This document shows positions 23,915-38,441 of a stretch of DNA of 64,000 nt, piece after piece. The notes under the pieces were generated by a model that did no database searches, was not told the DNA's origin, and saw nothing but the letters and a program-made list of their open reading frames with translations. The position numbers and the translations under genes are program-made. The stretch spans positions 78,306,001 through 78,370,000 of the forward strand of contig NC_083281.1 of the NCBI RefSeq assembly GCF_963506605.1, read 5' to 3'. Every line of letters begins with the position of its first letter. Within the stretch, counting starts at the first letter, position 1. The stretch comes from Zootoca vivipara. Lineage: Eukaryota.

Positions 23915-24714
23915 CAGGAGGCAAGTGTGGTCCTCCAGGACTCCCTATCTAGCTCTTGGGACCAGGAACAGACTTTAGTCTTTCAAATTTCAGCAGCGCC
24001 CTGTACAAGGCCAAAATTCAGTCCACACACCCCAACCTCTTGCATTCCATTCTGCTCAATTCACTATGCCATAGCTGCCACCCCCCCAGACTCAGTGCTC
24101 AGTGCAGCAGAAGCGGTCATGCTGCCCTAATTCCACCTCTGTTGGTATTTTCCTCCCCAGGTCACAACCCCTCCTGAGCCACACACACCCCAGCACTGCG
24201 TCACACCGTCCTCGGGTGCTTTTGCCTGGTTCAGTTGACACCTCTTGCTTGTCTGGAAGGAGTGTTGCAAGCATAGGAAGTGTGCAGCCTGCTGTAGAGA
24301 AGTAAACACACACCTGTGTTTGTTGCTCCGCCCACTGGCATGGGGTCCCTGGAAGGCTTTCCAGGAGAGAATTGTGGCCCTCAGGCTGCAAATGGTCCCC
24401 CACACCTGACCTGGGAAGAAAATTGATTTTAAGCCTCGTCCAAGGTGATGTTAACATACCCAAGAGTCCTGCTGGGGAAAAACGACTCCCAATAATGGGA
24501 GATGTCAGGGAGTTTTTCTGGCATGGGTTCCCCTCAGAAAAGAGACCCCTAAAGACTTCCAAAAACTTGCCAATTTGTATGTGTACAGCTTGATCAGGTG
24601 GTAAGAGGGATTCAGAAGCAAGCACACAGATTTGCCTTGTCCATTAGTCCAGCATCTTCCCAGCTCAGTGCAAAGCTATGGTTTTCCAGGTCCCTACTTA
24701 ACACAACAGCTTTG

Positions 24715-24835
24715 TCATGCTGGCCACATGACCTGGAAGCTGTACGCCGGCTCCCTCGGCCAATAACGCGAGATGAGCACCGCAACCCCAGAGTCAGTCA
24801 CGACTGGACCTAATAGTCAGGGGTCCCTTTACCCT
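24715..24835 (+). mobile_element. Sauria SINE 3' fragment
   Basis: Near-identical to 18436-18553. Confidence 0.85.
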
Positions 24836-27800
24836 ACTTGACACATAGAGTTGACTTCCTCCCTTGCCAAGCTGATGTTCAGGCCTGGGCAGGTGGCTCA
24901 ACTCAGATTCTACGTCCTCAGAGAAGGAGTACAGGATCTGTGTCCCTCCAGGTGTTGTTGGGACTCCAGCTCTCATCAACCCCCAGTCAGCATGGCTAAT
25001 GGTCAGGTAAAATGGGCATTGTAGTCCATCAACATCTGGAGAACTACAGGTTCCCCCACCCACCCCAGATGTAAGAGGACAGAACAGCCCACAACAATTT
25101 ACTTGGGCACTCTGGAGATCGTGGAACTCTCACAAGCAAGGCTACAATCTTAACCCCACTTTCCTGGCAGTAAACTCCACTGAATTAAATAGGAACATGA
25201 GAAGAGCCAGTAGCCCATCTAATCCAGCCTCCGGTTCTCACAGCGGCCAATCAGATGCCTGCTGGAAACCCACAAGTGGGACCCAAGCACAAGACCACTC
25301 TTGCCTCCTGTGGTTTCCAGAAACTTATATTCAGAAGCATTGCTCCCTCCAACTTACTGCTGAGCAAGCATGGTTAGGGTTGCACTGTAAAATCTGTGAC
25401 TTCCCAGCCTCTGCCGTGCATTTCTCACATGAAGAGGTTACTCCTAGGAACTGGTGCACAGTCTCTTATAGTGACTCCTTCACTAAATGGTCTTCAGCCA
25501 GGATTCATCTTGTCAGCATTTTGCAGAACCCTTCAGCCTCTCCCACTCAATTCTGCTGGCTCTCCTAGCGGTCTGTACTGGAGAAGGCAAAGGGCACCCT
25601 CTGGGAAGCAGTTTCACGTCACCCAAATGCAAATGCATGGCTCTGAGCCAGTGCATCGCCTACTTAAATTCCCTGAAATTCAAGCAATTCTGGAGTTCTC
25701 AGGCTCTCCTTAGTGACAATACATGGGTCCAGGAACCTTCAGAAGTCAGGGTGCCCTAAATCTTTTGGCTAAAGGTCACCAAGTATAATAGGGTATGCTC
25801 TGCTTCTAGGTATGCTCATGAGAAGTTAGGGGTAAGTTGTTGGATAATTCTTGTGCAAACAGAAATGGAAGAAGAAAACCAAAATGGGAACCCATGTTTT
25901 CTTACTCCTCATGTGTCCAAAAAAAGGAAATCTGTTTTTGTTTATTTCAGTCTGCAAACGACACATAGTTATGTTTCCATAGTTATGTTTCCATTCACAT
26001 TGTGTTTCCTTTACATTGAAATGAATGGGATGCAATAACACAATGACAACATAAATTACATAAATTATATAATTTCACCACAGCGGACAGTGAGGCCAAG
26101 GACAGAGTTTTCAGTGGACAAACTGCAGCAAAACAGAAACAGCGCTGTATAAGATGCATGCAGGGCTGGATGGGAAATGATGCCTAGTAAGGGGGAGGTT
26201 TTCTGTGCATGCCCAGAGGAACGCTTTGCTTGCTATGGCCTATATGCCATTGCCAATCCATGGCATTGAGTGGGGAGAACAGGCTCCTAGTGGGACGTTT
26301 AGGTGCCCCGGAGAGGTTCATCTGCTAGCTGGCTGTGTCAAGGTTGTTCTGAAGCTGCCAAGAACTTTAGGGTGGATTAGCAGAAGAGGTGAGAGATTAT
26401 TTTCTGGGTGGGGAGCCACCCACAGAGAATAAGAGTTTCCCTTCATCCTTCTCTATTTCCTAGGCCTCCCTGTACATCTCGGAAGGGAGAGAGAGAGAGC
26501 GCTCTGAAAGCCCAGGGGACAAAGAGCTCTTTATGCCAGGAGTAAGGTGACCTCAATGGCATTTGCAGAAAAGAAAAAGAAGGGGGAACATTACAAATGC
26601 ATGTCCAGAAGAGTTTACAACCTGGGGAATGATCCTGATCCTGGCTGGTCTTTGCTTTCTTCTTCAGAGCACTGATACTTCCCAATATATCGTAACAGGG
26701 GGGAAACTACATACAATCCAATCAAATGCCTATCTTAGGTTACATCTACAGTATACGTTTAAAGCCATATCATACCATTTGACAGTCATGGTTTCCCTGG
26801 GAAGATTCTGGAAGCTAGCTGTTCTTAAGGATGCTGAGAATTTTTAGGAGACCCCTTTGCCCCTCACAGATGCCCAGAGTGGGGCAACAATCAGTCCCTC
26901 TTTCCAGGGGCCACATTTGTGCCCAATACACACATATTTCCAAAGTACCCTAAAACAGCTCAATGCATAACACAGCTATTTATTAAAATTTGCACTTCTC
27001 CGAATTTCGTGATGCATTTCTCCAACCAGAGGAAAAACAGGAGGAAGGGGTGCAAAAGATCTCAAATTCAATCTTCTGCATTTCCAGGTGGGGCTGGAAA
27101 ACCCTGCCTGAAATCCTGGAGAGCCACTGCAAGTCAGTGTAGGCAATGCTGAGTTGGATGGACTCAGTAAAAGGCAACTTCCTATGCATGCACATGTATT
27201 GGAGGAAAGTGCAGATGGAAATGTGTATTTTCACTAATGTGCAAATGCATGCTGGGGGAGCTGGATGGCAAAAAACCCGCATATATTAGGCAAAACAAAA
27301 TGTGCACAAAATGTGCATTTCAGGAGAAAAGCCCATGGAATCATACAGGCTTTTGAAGACAATCAAACAGCTGCTGAAATAAAGCAGACTGATCTGAGCA
27401 GGAGGAAAAAGTGATTTGTTCATCCAAAAGCTCTTCTTGCAGCCTGAACAGGCTCTGTCCCAACCTTCTCATGAGCATCAATGTAGGGAGGTGTAGAGAT
27501 GTGGCTGGTGAACCATGTCCCTGCCTTTGCAGGTTCCTATTCATGGAAATGGTCACATGAACAGGGCTTTAGGCCACCAAGTCACCACTTACAACTTGCA
27601 CTTCTAGTGCAAACCCACCCAGGTCACTCACTACATATGTAGCATAATGAATATAGGACCATCCCTGCATCAAATCCCAGAATTGTTTTTCAGCCACCAC
27701 AACTTCCCTCTTTGCCTCCCTTCCCACAAAAACACTCTGGTTTGAAGAAACCGTCTCTAGTGGAGGGAGGGGCGTTCTTCTCACTGCCCCTTAAGCCAAC

Positions 27801-27989
27801 TGCAGCTTTGATCACTTGCATTCTGCTGAACTCAACTTCTGAAAATACACCAAACATTTGAAGCCTATTTCACCTCCCATCCAAGAATCCCAAGAACAAA
27901 AATAAAATTTCCAGCCCACTTACCAAAACCCTTAGCATCCTCTTTGGTGGGAGGATGTGCCTTAAATCTGCATTAGTAGTAGTAATAGT

Positions 27990-28200
27990 AGTAGTAGCCT
28001 ACCTTTCCTCCAAGAGGCTCAAGACATTGTATATGGTGTGCCTCTCCCCCATTTTACCCTCACAACAACCCTGTGAGGTAGGGCTAGACTGAGAGACAGC
28101 GACTGGCCCAAGTCCACCCAGTGAGCTTCATGACTGAGTGGAGCATTGAATCCCAGTCTCACAGGTCCTAGTCCAGCACTCTAACCTCTGCACCAGACTG
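27990..28200 (-). mobile_element. Squam3-like SINE
   Basis: CCTCACAACAACCCTGTGAGGTAGGG…CAGTGAGCTTCATG…CTCTAACC. Confidence 0.7.
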
Positions 28201-28374
28201 ACTTTAAATGTGCCCTAAATGTGTGGTGTGTAGACAGCCCTAACCCTAGCACTGGTGTTTTTTCCAGAGTCAGAATCAAATAATTTGGCACAGGTTGATA
28301 TTACCTCTGATTGTTATTACTATTTTCTTGATAAAAGTAACACTGTTCCATTTCCTCATCAGCAGAGCTAATAT

Positions 28375-28575
28375 CACGTGGTGGTTAAAGGACTGGACTT
28401 TGAACCAGGAAGTCCATGGTGCAAACAAGTGATTTCAGCCTTAAACTCACTATCTCTCAAGCTTCAGGTCTTTTGTGTGCACAATGGAGGCTAGCCATAC
28501 ATGCCTACCTTATGGGATTCTTGTAAGGATCACCAAGATCACACATGTGATGCACTTTGAACAGTGCAAAGTACG
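28375..28575 (+). mobile_element. Ancient MIR/CORE-like SINE
   Basis: tRNA-like head GTGGTTAAAGGACTGGACTTTGAACCAGGAAG, then CORE-like …CCTACCTTATGGGATT…TGTAAGGAT…GCACTTTG. Confidence 0.5.
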
Positions 28576-29889
28576 AAATCCATGCTATCGTTCTTTTCAC
28601 GTTTCTAAATAAACCAGTCCTCCCATTTGCAAGGCAAGTTCAGACATCATTCCCCACTGCCTTTTTTAAAAGAAGCATTGTGTTGTAAACAATGCTAGTC
28701 ATACACAGAGGAGACCCATTGAAGTTAATGGGCATGGCTAAGTTAACTCCATTAATTCCAGGGGGTCTACTTTGAGAAAGACTTAGTTGGATACAGCCTA
28801 TTCTATTTATTCAGTTTCATTAAATATACATTTCAAATCACAATCAACTCAGGCTTGCGACCCTCCAGATATTTGCAGGACTCCAACTCCCATCAGCCCC
28901 AGCCAGCATGATCAATGACCAGGGGTGATGGGAATTGTAGACCTGCAAATATCTGGAGAGAGGCAGATTCTCTAGCCCTGATTTGGGGTATTAAAATGTT
29001 AGGTTTTTCATTTTTAAAAAAATAAAAGTTTATTGGCATGTAATGTAAGTTTGAGAAAACTATCGATGGCATGGGAGAAGCTTCTCCAAACAGAAAGATA
29101 CATCCTAAAAACAAGTTTGGGGGACCTGTGGTACTCCAAAAGCGGATGAAATATGAATCCCATCAGCCCCATCAAACATGGCTGAAGATGATGGGATGAT
29201 AGTTCGACAACATCTGGAGGGCCAAAGATTCCACCCACCAATGGCTTAATCTCTCTTGATGTTAAGGTTTTAAGTCTCCAGAGTGCTGCCACCTTGAACT
29301 ACATCCTCTGTGGTGGCAGGGAAGCAGCAGAGAATCTATTTCAGGACACTGGTCCCCATGGAGGGTGGGCATGGAAGAGAACCCTTCCCTAGAATGGAGG
29401 TAGCCATGCATCTGCAGAGGAAGTAGTGTCTGCGATTCAGGGCTGCTGTGGTTTGTTCCACTCCTTCCTCCTTGTTCTTAGTTCTTGTAGCTTTCCAAGT
29501 TCATCAGGATCCAGTCTGATGGGACCATGAATGATATGAAGAAGATGGTCAGGCCAACAATTGTCTCCACCAGCCCTATAGGATCCTTAGGGGGTCTTAG
29601 AAGTGACACCTCTGGCAGGGCAGGAAGTCAGACTGGGAAGCCTTAGCACATACACTGTCCTTAGTAACTGCAGGTACATGAGGCTGCCAACGGATGCGAC
29701 CTTCCTCCTCTCTTCTGCTTTGAAGTTAGAACAAGATGGCAGCTGACCACCTTCTTAAAGTTGGTTCACAAATACTTGTGCAACTCAGTGTATTTTCTAT
29801 TTCTTTGGGGGAGAACTGGGCATCGTGAAAAGACCGTTGACTATTCAGAGTCCTGGCCTCCCAAGCCAGACACATAGGCTTATGAAGGA

Positions 29890-30080
29890 CGATAGGTCAG
29901 TGGCAGAGCATCAGCCTTGCATGCACAGGTTCGATCCCTGGCATCTCCAGGTAAGGCTAAAAATATCCTGATCTGAAACCTTGGAGATCAGCTGTCAATC
30001 AGAGAAGACAGTACTGAGCTAGATGGACCAGTGGTCTGACTCAGTATAAAGGCAGCTTCCTGAATTTCTGCGTTCTTCCT
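29890..30080 (+). mobile_element. Squam2-like SINE
   Basis: CAGTGGCAGAGCATC…GGTTCGATCCCTGGCATCTCCAGG…TACTGAGCTAGATGGACCA…GGCAGCTTCC. Confidence 0.7.
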
Positions 30081-31739
30081 ATGGCAAGTCATTTCCTCTC
30101 CCCTTTTTGCTATCCAGTCCTTATGACTGGGAGAAGATGGGAGTTTGCTTATATCAGGAGCTCTTCCACTATCTGAGTTAGACATGATACTCACACCTGC
30201 TGGGGAAACTCTGCCTATTTTTTGTGCTTAAACAAAACAACATCATCATATTCCTTGACCAAAATGACTGATGGGTGGCAGGTGCTATGGAACAACCTCA
30301 CAATCTCAAGATCAATTCTACTCAGACATAAGAGCTCTGCTAGATCAAGCCAGATGCCCATCTAGTCTAGTATCCTGTTCTCATAGCAGCCAACCAGATT
30401 CCCCAACAGGTACATGGTTGGCCACTATGAAAACAGGCCACTCCAACAGTGCTGGAACATATCCACTGTGTCTAGCCCTAGAAGGGCTGGTGAATCCCAG
30501 CCTGTTCATTTAACTTATGGAATGTTGATGTGTACATATTATCAAGAACGGGAGGAGGGGGAAATATATATTGAGGGGTGCCGAGTCAAATAACCTTTTC
30601 TCTCTAGGCTTTTGTAAGCTCAGTTGCTCCCTGAATTGACACTGATTGCTTATGAGAGCATCAATGGCAACGGAACACCGTCTACCTGCTCAGGTGGTGC
30701 CTGGAGAGAGATGGGTGGCTAGAAAGCATTCACAGTATGTCACCATACCTTCTCTCAGTAACTGGGGGGAGGGGGAGGGAAGCCTTGCAAAGTGGGTCCA
30801 ATTAGTGTTTTGCCTAAGTACACCGACTGCATTATTAACCTGGGTGAGATTAACCTGATACATCCCCCAATGCAGTTCACATCTTTTCTGAAAGCAAAAG
30901 TGAATGGCGCAATGAACGTAAATTTTGCCTTTCCCCAGCAGCCAAGCTTCTCAACACACAGAGATACACCTCTCCCTCTAGCAAGAGGCTATAATACTAG
31001 ACCTTGAGCACATATTCCAACCAGGCAAAAACTGGGGAGGTGGGGGCAGAGTGCAGGATTGGGCTGCAGAGAGTTTTGAGGGCCATACAAGAGAGGCTGA
31101 GAGAGAGATTTGGCCCCCAGAGCCTGAGCTTCCCCACCCCTGTTATAAATGCATCTCTTTTAGATTATCAGATTTGCCAAAGAAAAAAAGAAAAAGAAAG
31201 ACAGACTCTTACAATGGTCAGAAAGCTGATTTGCACTATAAATCCTCTTTTCCACATTATCGTCTGCATTCACCACCATCACCACAAACATAAATAGACA
31301 CACACCCAAACCAAGAATTTAAGAGGGGAACAAACACACTTGTTGCCTGAAGTACCTTCAGGTCGCCACCCTCCAGCAGCTCTTGCATATACAGAAAGTT
31401 GGTCCTCAGGTCTGTATTGAGCTGCGTAAAACTCAGAACACTTTTTTCATTTGCATTTTGCCCTGCATCAATACCATGGTGCAAACAAGCAATGTGTGTG
31501 AAAAACAAACTTATAAAGATGACAGGGGACAGATTGTGATTCCCAGCACAGATAATGTTCTTGCATGTTACTAATGCAAGAGAAAAAAAACTTTTTAGGC
31601 GTGTGAAAAATACATGCAGCTGGTGAGTGATATATTAACCTTTGGCACATGGTTTTTTAAATGTAGAGTTCTAAGCCTGGGGAACAAAGAAAAAGGAAAA
31701 TTCTTATAGGCATTGAGGCATGGCTCCATTTGGAAGACT

Positions 31740-32015
31740 GCATGCAGTTCTGGACACCCCATCTGGAAAAGGCTACTCTAGAACTGGGGGATCTAAAGAG
31801 CATTGAACGAAGAAGGATATTGACAAGCTGGAATGTGTGCAGAGGAGGGCAGCCAAGAGGATAAAAGGTCTGGAAAACAAGCCTTATGAAGAACGGTTGA
31901 GGGAGCTGGGTATATTTAGCCTGGAGAAGAGAAGACTGAGAGGTTGTATGAGAGCCATCTTCAAATACCTGAAGGGCTGTCACATGGAAGATGGAGCAAG
32001 CTTGTTTTCACCTGC
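31740..32015 (+). mobile_element. CR1 LINE ORF2 3' fragment
   Basis: [35 protein letters not shown]…IFKYLKG is the typical CR1 ORF2 C-terminus. Confidence 0.9.
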
Positions 32016-32576
32016 ACATGTGCAGAGACATTTAGTGCTCAGTAGTGACATGTGAATGAATCTTCAGCAACAATTGCATTTAAAACTTGGGTCCCGACTC
32101 TACAATTCTATTATTTTTCCCAAAGGGGAAAAAAAGGTGGAGAAATCAGCCAAAATGATCAAACAGCTGGAATACTGTGGGGGGATGCTGTTTGGCTTAG
32201 AAAAAAAAAGATGACTGTATGGAAAGGAAACATCATGACTGTAAAGTCATTGCTATGGAAGACAAACTTTTTTCTCTTTCTTTCTCTCTCTACCCACAGC
32301 TTCTCTCCAGACTGATGTTTTATTGTGATTTATTCTGAAACATGTTCAAAGTAAAGCGATTTATTCCACTTTGGTTTATTATTTGATACTTTCCCAATGC
32401 TAGCATATAATAGCTGTCCAGAGGAGCTGTAGCATAACAAAAATGGAACAGCAGCAAAAGCAAAAGCAAAAAAAAACCCATACAAACCCCTGAACACTGG
32501 GGGTATGGAAAGTGACAGAATTTCAGCAGAAAGTGACAGGATAGACACTATTTGGAAATGAATCGGTGCATCCACT

Positions 32577-32714
32577 CATGGGCATAGCTAGGATTTGGAG
32601 GGGGGCAGGCCTTTTGTTAGGGTGGGCAGAACCTGTTTGATGTTTATTTTTATTGAATTTTATTGATTTAAGGGGGGGCAGCTGTCCCTCCCTGCCCTCC
32701 TGGCTATGCCCATG
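32577..32714. mobile_element. Short hAT-like MITE (CATGGGCATAGC TIR)
   Basis: CATGGGCATAGCTAGG / CCTGGCTATGCCCATG; related copy at 59543. Confidence 0.7.
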
Positions 32715-34579
32715 TGTCTATTCCAAAACTTTTGCTGGCACTAACAGTATTGGAAACATAATCACGTGCAACTGCCCTGATAGCATCCTGAGCACAAATT
32801 GTCATGAACGTGCAACAAAAATGATGTTTGGGGAAGCACATGGTGAGAAAGTATGGCATTGGGGTCCAGAAACCTAGGACTGCATGCAACCTTACATGAC
32901 ATGAGAGGGAGGAATCAGGAGCATTTTAGTGCAGAAAGGCAGGGCTATTGGCAGTGAGGGAACTTCTACGCTGCCTTCCACAGTCAGAGACAGTATGCAA
33001 GGGTATGTGTCGTTTTTGAGCCCTACTGGCGGTCCTTCAGGATGGGGGAGTGGGTAGAAAGAATTTGCTGAGAGCAGAATGATGGACTCACTAAATGGGC
33101 TTCCGTTTTATCCATGCAGGCAGGCAGGCAGGCGATCCTGACTTATGGGGAGTCCCAGGTCAGAGGCTGAACAATTCTCAGAGCTATCGCTCCTCCTACA
33201 GATCTGCTCAGCGCAGACAGCATCCCACAACTGCTTTATCACACACACATATACAACATCTCAACTTAGTCTCCCTAGCTCTTCAGAATCTCGCGATCCC
33301 AGCCAGAAGCAGGAAGGGAGGGGTTTTTTGAGGGGTGGGGGTACCGTAGAAGAGAGATGAGTAGCCCGTGGACCGTCCCTTTTCTTCAGCTTGCTAGACT
33401 CTAGCTGGCTGTTTGAAGGAAGGAACCGAGTTGATATTCAGAGGGTATCTACTATACTGATCTTAGTTTAAAGGGGATAACTAGGAGGGGGGGTGTTTGT
33501 ATTCGCAGCCTTGTAGAGGCCTCGATCCAGTGCCGCCCGCCCGCCCCCCGCCCCCACTACCCTTGCTGAAAGAGAAATTTGTTTATATATTTTGGACACA
33601 TCTGAACTATACATGAATACTTTTTTTTCCTCCCCAAGGGGGGATAGAAGCAAAGTGTTCTTGCTTGGACTGCATCTGTGAAAGCGGGATTCCTAATTTA
33701 TGCCTCCTTTAAAAAGCAAGCTCGCGTTTTAAAAGTTCTCCAAACCTGTTGAAATAAGCCGTCTGATGGGGGCAGAGCGTTTTCTCTGCATTTTAATTAA
33801 TCTATTTTTTTTTTGCAAGAAAATGACGTAGCTCCCCGATCCAGGTGGGAGATTGCACCCCCTTTAGTCGCCCGCACCCCCCGCAGCACCAGGCCAAGCC
33901 AGCGAAAGCGGGGATTGCCTCAAAAAACTAACGCAAAAAAGGTTCCCCCCCCTCTTTGCGTTTCAAAGACGGTTTAAGGCTGCGACCCTAACCTCGCCTG
34001 CCCGGGAGCAAGCCCAGACGAATCCAATTGGACTTGCTTCTGAGCAGACGCGGTTCAGACTGCGCTGCAAAGGACCTGGTGCTGAGAAACGGCGAGAGAG
34101 GGAAAAGCAAGATCGGAGAGCTTTTCGCGTCCACCGGGCGGGCCGCTCTGAGGATTATCTCCCCAGCCTTTGCTTCCCGGGACTGGAGAATCTGAAACGG
34201 CGCAGCCTCGGCCCAGCCGGTCCAGGTTCGGTTCCCGGGGAAGCCGCTCTCAATCGTTCCCTTCCTCGCTCCTTAACTTCTCCTTTTCTTCTCCTCTTAC
34301 TTTCTTTTTCACACACAGCCTCAAACGGCTTGCCTCAAGGTTTTATTCCATAATTTGGCTCGACGGTTAAGGAAGTCACTCGGGCTGCAATCCTGTATAT
34401 ACAGTGTACACATACACTTCTTTCTTTTTGGCTGCCGGCCTGGCCGTGCCTCCTCAGAATCAAGCCCTATTTAATCCGATGGGGCTTGCTCCTGGGTAAA
34501 GTGGGTTTATGAGTGCAGCCGGACTCTATGGGCCTTACTTGCACGTAGACACACAGAGACTAGCGCCGCTAGCTAAATC

Positions 34580-34581
34580 TT

Positions 34582-34640
<59 letters not shown>

Positions 34641-34641
34641 T
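34580..34641. repeat. (ATTT)n microsatellite
   Basis: Directly visible. Confidence 0.95.
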
Positions 34642-37600
34642 TTTTCCTGTCTCTTCCAGTGTGTAAAGGCATCTCCCAAACATCACGACGTTTTCTCCTG
34701 CAACGCACGCAGCCCAAACCCTTTGCTGTAAATGGGAATCAACTGCAGGAGCGGTTTTTGTTATTTGTGTGTTTATTTGTGTATTTATTTGTTTATTTAT
34801 TAATTAAAGCTGGACAGAATCCAGGGAAGTGATCGTGGTACAAAAATCAGGTATCACCTCCCCGGCCTCAGCCTCTGCTCCATCTTGGTGCTCATTGCGC
34901 CTGCCTTAAAATATTTTTTTAAATAAACCAAAAACAAAACATCGCTTTATAATTGCATTTGTTCTGGAGTTCTTTAATCCAGAGATGCAGCCCTACTCGG
35001 GAGGAAGAAGCCACAAGTTGCTCTCTCAGCTCAGCGCGCGTGTAGGACGGCAGTTCTGTAAGTGTCGACTGGGTTCTGAGTTCAATGGGGCTAAACGAGA
35101 ATAGGATTGCAGGGCCCAGTTCATGCCAAGGGACTGCTGTCTGGAGAACTTAAAATTTCATGTTCGCTTAGGTGCAGCGGTGAAGGTCTCCATTCAAAAA
35201 ACGAAACCCACACGCATTCACACATCACATTCCTCGTAGCAAAAACTTGTCGTGGAACCGGGCGTCTCCGGAGAGGCCCCTTTCCATCTGCTGGAAATAT
35301 TGCCCACCGAAAACCAAATCCTCCTACAGCACATTCAGCCATACGTTGATTCGCCTTTACCTCCTCGGCTGCATCAGTAGCGAGGATGATTTTCAGTTTT
35401 TATTTTGTCTAAGATACCCTATCAGCATTTCAAAACACAAACAAAACTTGACAGGCGTTTCAGGACAGGAGGAGGAAAGCGAACGCATTAGGCCCATGTT
35501 GGAGAGGAATGCTTATTTGAGGGCGTTTGATCCGGAGATAAATGCGAAAGAAACGATCGCTTGCAAATCAGGACCGAACGTTTTCCGTGCAGAAAGCCCC
35601 AGGGATCTGGAAACCCGGACTACTGTATTTAGAGGGGGGGGGAGAGAAAACCTTAAAAGGATCCTCAGCTTCAAAGGGTTTGCCTCCCCTTCCTTCCACG
35701 CGCTGTAAACTGTTGAGTCTGGGGTTGGTATCAAAACAGCTGAATTTAATCAGGACTTTCATAACAGACACTTCCAGGTTGGATCAAGTGGTAAACGGCG
35801 GGGGCAGAAAGAAATTCTCCTTGCGCGGCTCAAAAAAAAAAGTTTTTGAAAACCATTTACATTTTTTTAATTCCTCTCCCCCGCCCCATGTACACCCAGA
35901 ACCCCAAAACACAGAGAGTAGAACTCCCCTCCTCGGGGGGGGGGGATGAACTAAACTCTCCAGCACACATTTGCAGCGCAAGGTTGGGCAAGTCTACTCA
36001 GAAGCAAGTCGCTTTTTATTTCAGTGAGGCTTATTCCCGAGTAAGTGGGCACAGAACTGCAGCCTTTAAGACTGAAATTATCCAAAGGAAGCATTCAAGC
36101 ACACCTAAGGTCTCATCCATTTCAGCTCATAAGGGGAAAATGACAGCGACGTTTCCACTCCGACCTGATGAAATGGACACATTTTAATTTACGCTTTTAA
36201 AAGATAAAAACACACACAGAGATAATTTACATGTATCACCTGAGGCATTCTGGATGTGGTTGTTTTTAATGCAGCAGAGGCGGATATGTATGGAAGGGAG
36301 CCGATATTTCTGTTTATTGAAAAATTATAGTATTAATTACAAAGAAGTTGGTGAACCAAAGTCGAGCCGTTCCCCAAGTTTGATACAGCGGTAAAAAGAC
36401 ACGAGGCGGAACGAGGTCCTGCTTGGAGATCAATTTTTCTTCCCTTCCTCGATTCTACCCAGTAGTGGAAAAGCGGGGGGGGGGTGCGGGGAGAGAGAGC
36501 TGTGAAAACAGGAATTTGTTCCTGTTAAAATTGCGGGGCCTGTCGAGAAGGACAAGCGTCTGCCTGCGCGCCCTACGCGTTTGTTCCTTTTGCGCCTTGA
36601 AAAATTATCCAACTATTGATTACGTTTAAGCAGCAGGAGGAAGAGCGCTGCCCTTTTTTTTATTCTGAACTCTCGCCCTTCCGAAAAAGTGGAGACTAAA
36701 TCAAGGGAGTTTAAAAGTTGGTGTTGGACAGATCCTGCCTGGAGCGGAGGGGACCGCTCCATTAAAACCGCAGGAAACGTGCTTCTGTCCATTAGGGCTG
36801 CGATCTCACTTACTGGAGTTGCATTAAGTGTGAGACATTCGGCGTTGCAAATCTCTATCTCCACTTGTTTCCTTCGGGGTGATCTGGAGAGGAGCATGCA
36901 GGGGACTGGGAGAAGGAACGGGGGGGCGCCTTGACCTTGAACTGGGTCTGGAAGGGGTGTCCGGAATCGGGGACTTGAATCGTAAAGGCAGGAGAGGGTC
37001 GCGCGTTCTTAACTTGTGCGGTGGCAATCTGCTGGAGTTTTGTAACGATCGGCAGCACAACTAACACGCACACACAAAGACTTAAAAGCAGGAGTTTCAG
37101 ATCCTCGCTCTCTCTCGAGAATCAAAACTTAGGTGAGCTTTCGAAATCTCCTGGCGCAAACTGTTCATGGTGAAAATCCATTAGAACTTTCACTACAAAG
37201 TAAACGTATTTCGGAGTAGAGAGACAGACTCCCCCCCCCTTTTTTTTAAAGCATTTAAACGTATTCAGGACTAAAGCGCCAGCTCCCAACTTCCCTTGGA
37301 TAGCTTTCCGTCACCTTATATTTGCAAATGTATTTACAGGTATTTTATTTTTACAGCTTTACGGCATTCCCACCCCCCCGCCGCCCTCCGCGCCTCCACC
37401 TCAACCAGCCACAATCTCGCGTCCGGTTTCAGCATGGAACTCAACGAGGGCAGGGAGAACAAAACAAAACAGACCGTTTCCAAATAATAATTAAGATTAA
37501 AACAAAAAAATCAAGACAGACAACAGCGATTGTAAAAACACAAAATAGACCCTCCCTCCCGCTTTTCAGACAAAACAATGAAAAATATCTGCCAGAATGA

Positions 37601-38304
37601 AATGCACGCGGTGTTAACTTCGGAGTTTAAAGGAGCACCAACAACGCGGAAACAACTTATATTATTTTTGCTACAAAAATCCTGAAAGTGGGAGATGGGG
37701 CGGGGGGAAGATCTGCCGTCATTTGACAGCTAAAGTATCTTAGATCGCGCAGCAAACAACCTGCCCCCCCTCTTTCTCATCCGCCCACCCTCTTTTCTCA
37801 TTGCCATCTTTTAATATTTCATTGGTAACCGATGACAAGCGTTGGAGAAGGATGAGGGTTCTCTCTCCTCCTCCTCTCCCCCCTCCCCGCCCCTGGCAAC
37901 GAGGGATCGAGAAATTGAAGGGGGGGGGAAAGGAGACACGAATATATTTGCAAACTTTCCACATCCCCCTCCCCTTTCCAAGCGTGCGCGCGAGAATCGG
38001 GGACAAACTGCTCCTGCAACAGGGCGCAGGCAGGAACCCCACCATCGCTCACTTTCAAAACACGACAACCGCCAGAGCTCCAGAAACTTGCCCATTTCAC
38101 CTCGTGTCAGTTTCACTGCGTATATCTAGATAGATACACATACATACACACACACATATCTATAACGCCAAGCTGCATTTTGGGTTCCAGTTTCTCTGCC
38201 TCTTTCCATCCAAATCTCTCTCTCTTCGCCTGGTTGGTTTTATAAATATATATATTTCTCTCTCTCTCTTCCCCTCCTTGCCTCCTTTTTTTCTCCCTCC
38301 CCTT

Positions 38305-38441
38305 NNNNNNNNNNNNNNNNNNNNNNNNNNNNNNNNNNNNNNNNNNNNNNNNNNNNNNNNNNNNNNNNNNNNNNNNNNNNNNNNNNNNNNNNNNNNNNNN
38401 NNNNNNNNNNNNNNNNNNNNNNNNNNNNNNNNNNNNNNNNN
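38305..38441. other. Assembly gap (N run) at the CpG-island edge
   Basis: Run of N. Confidence 1.
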
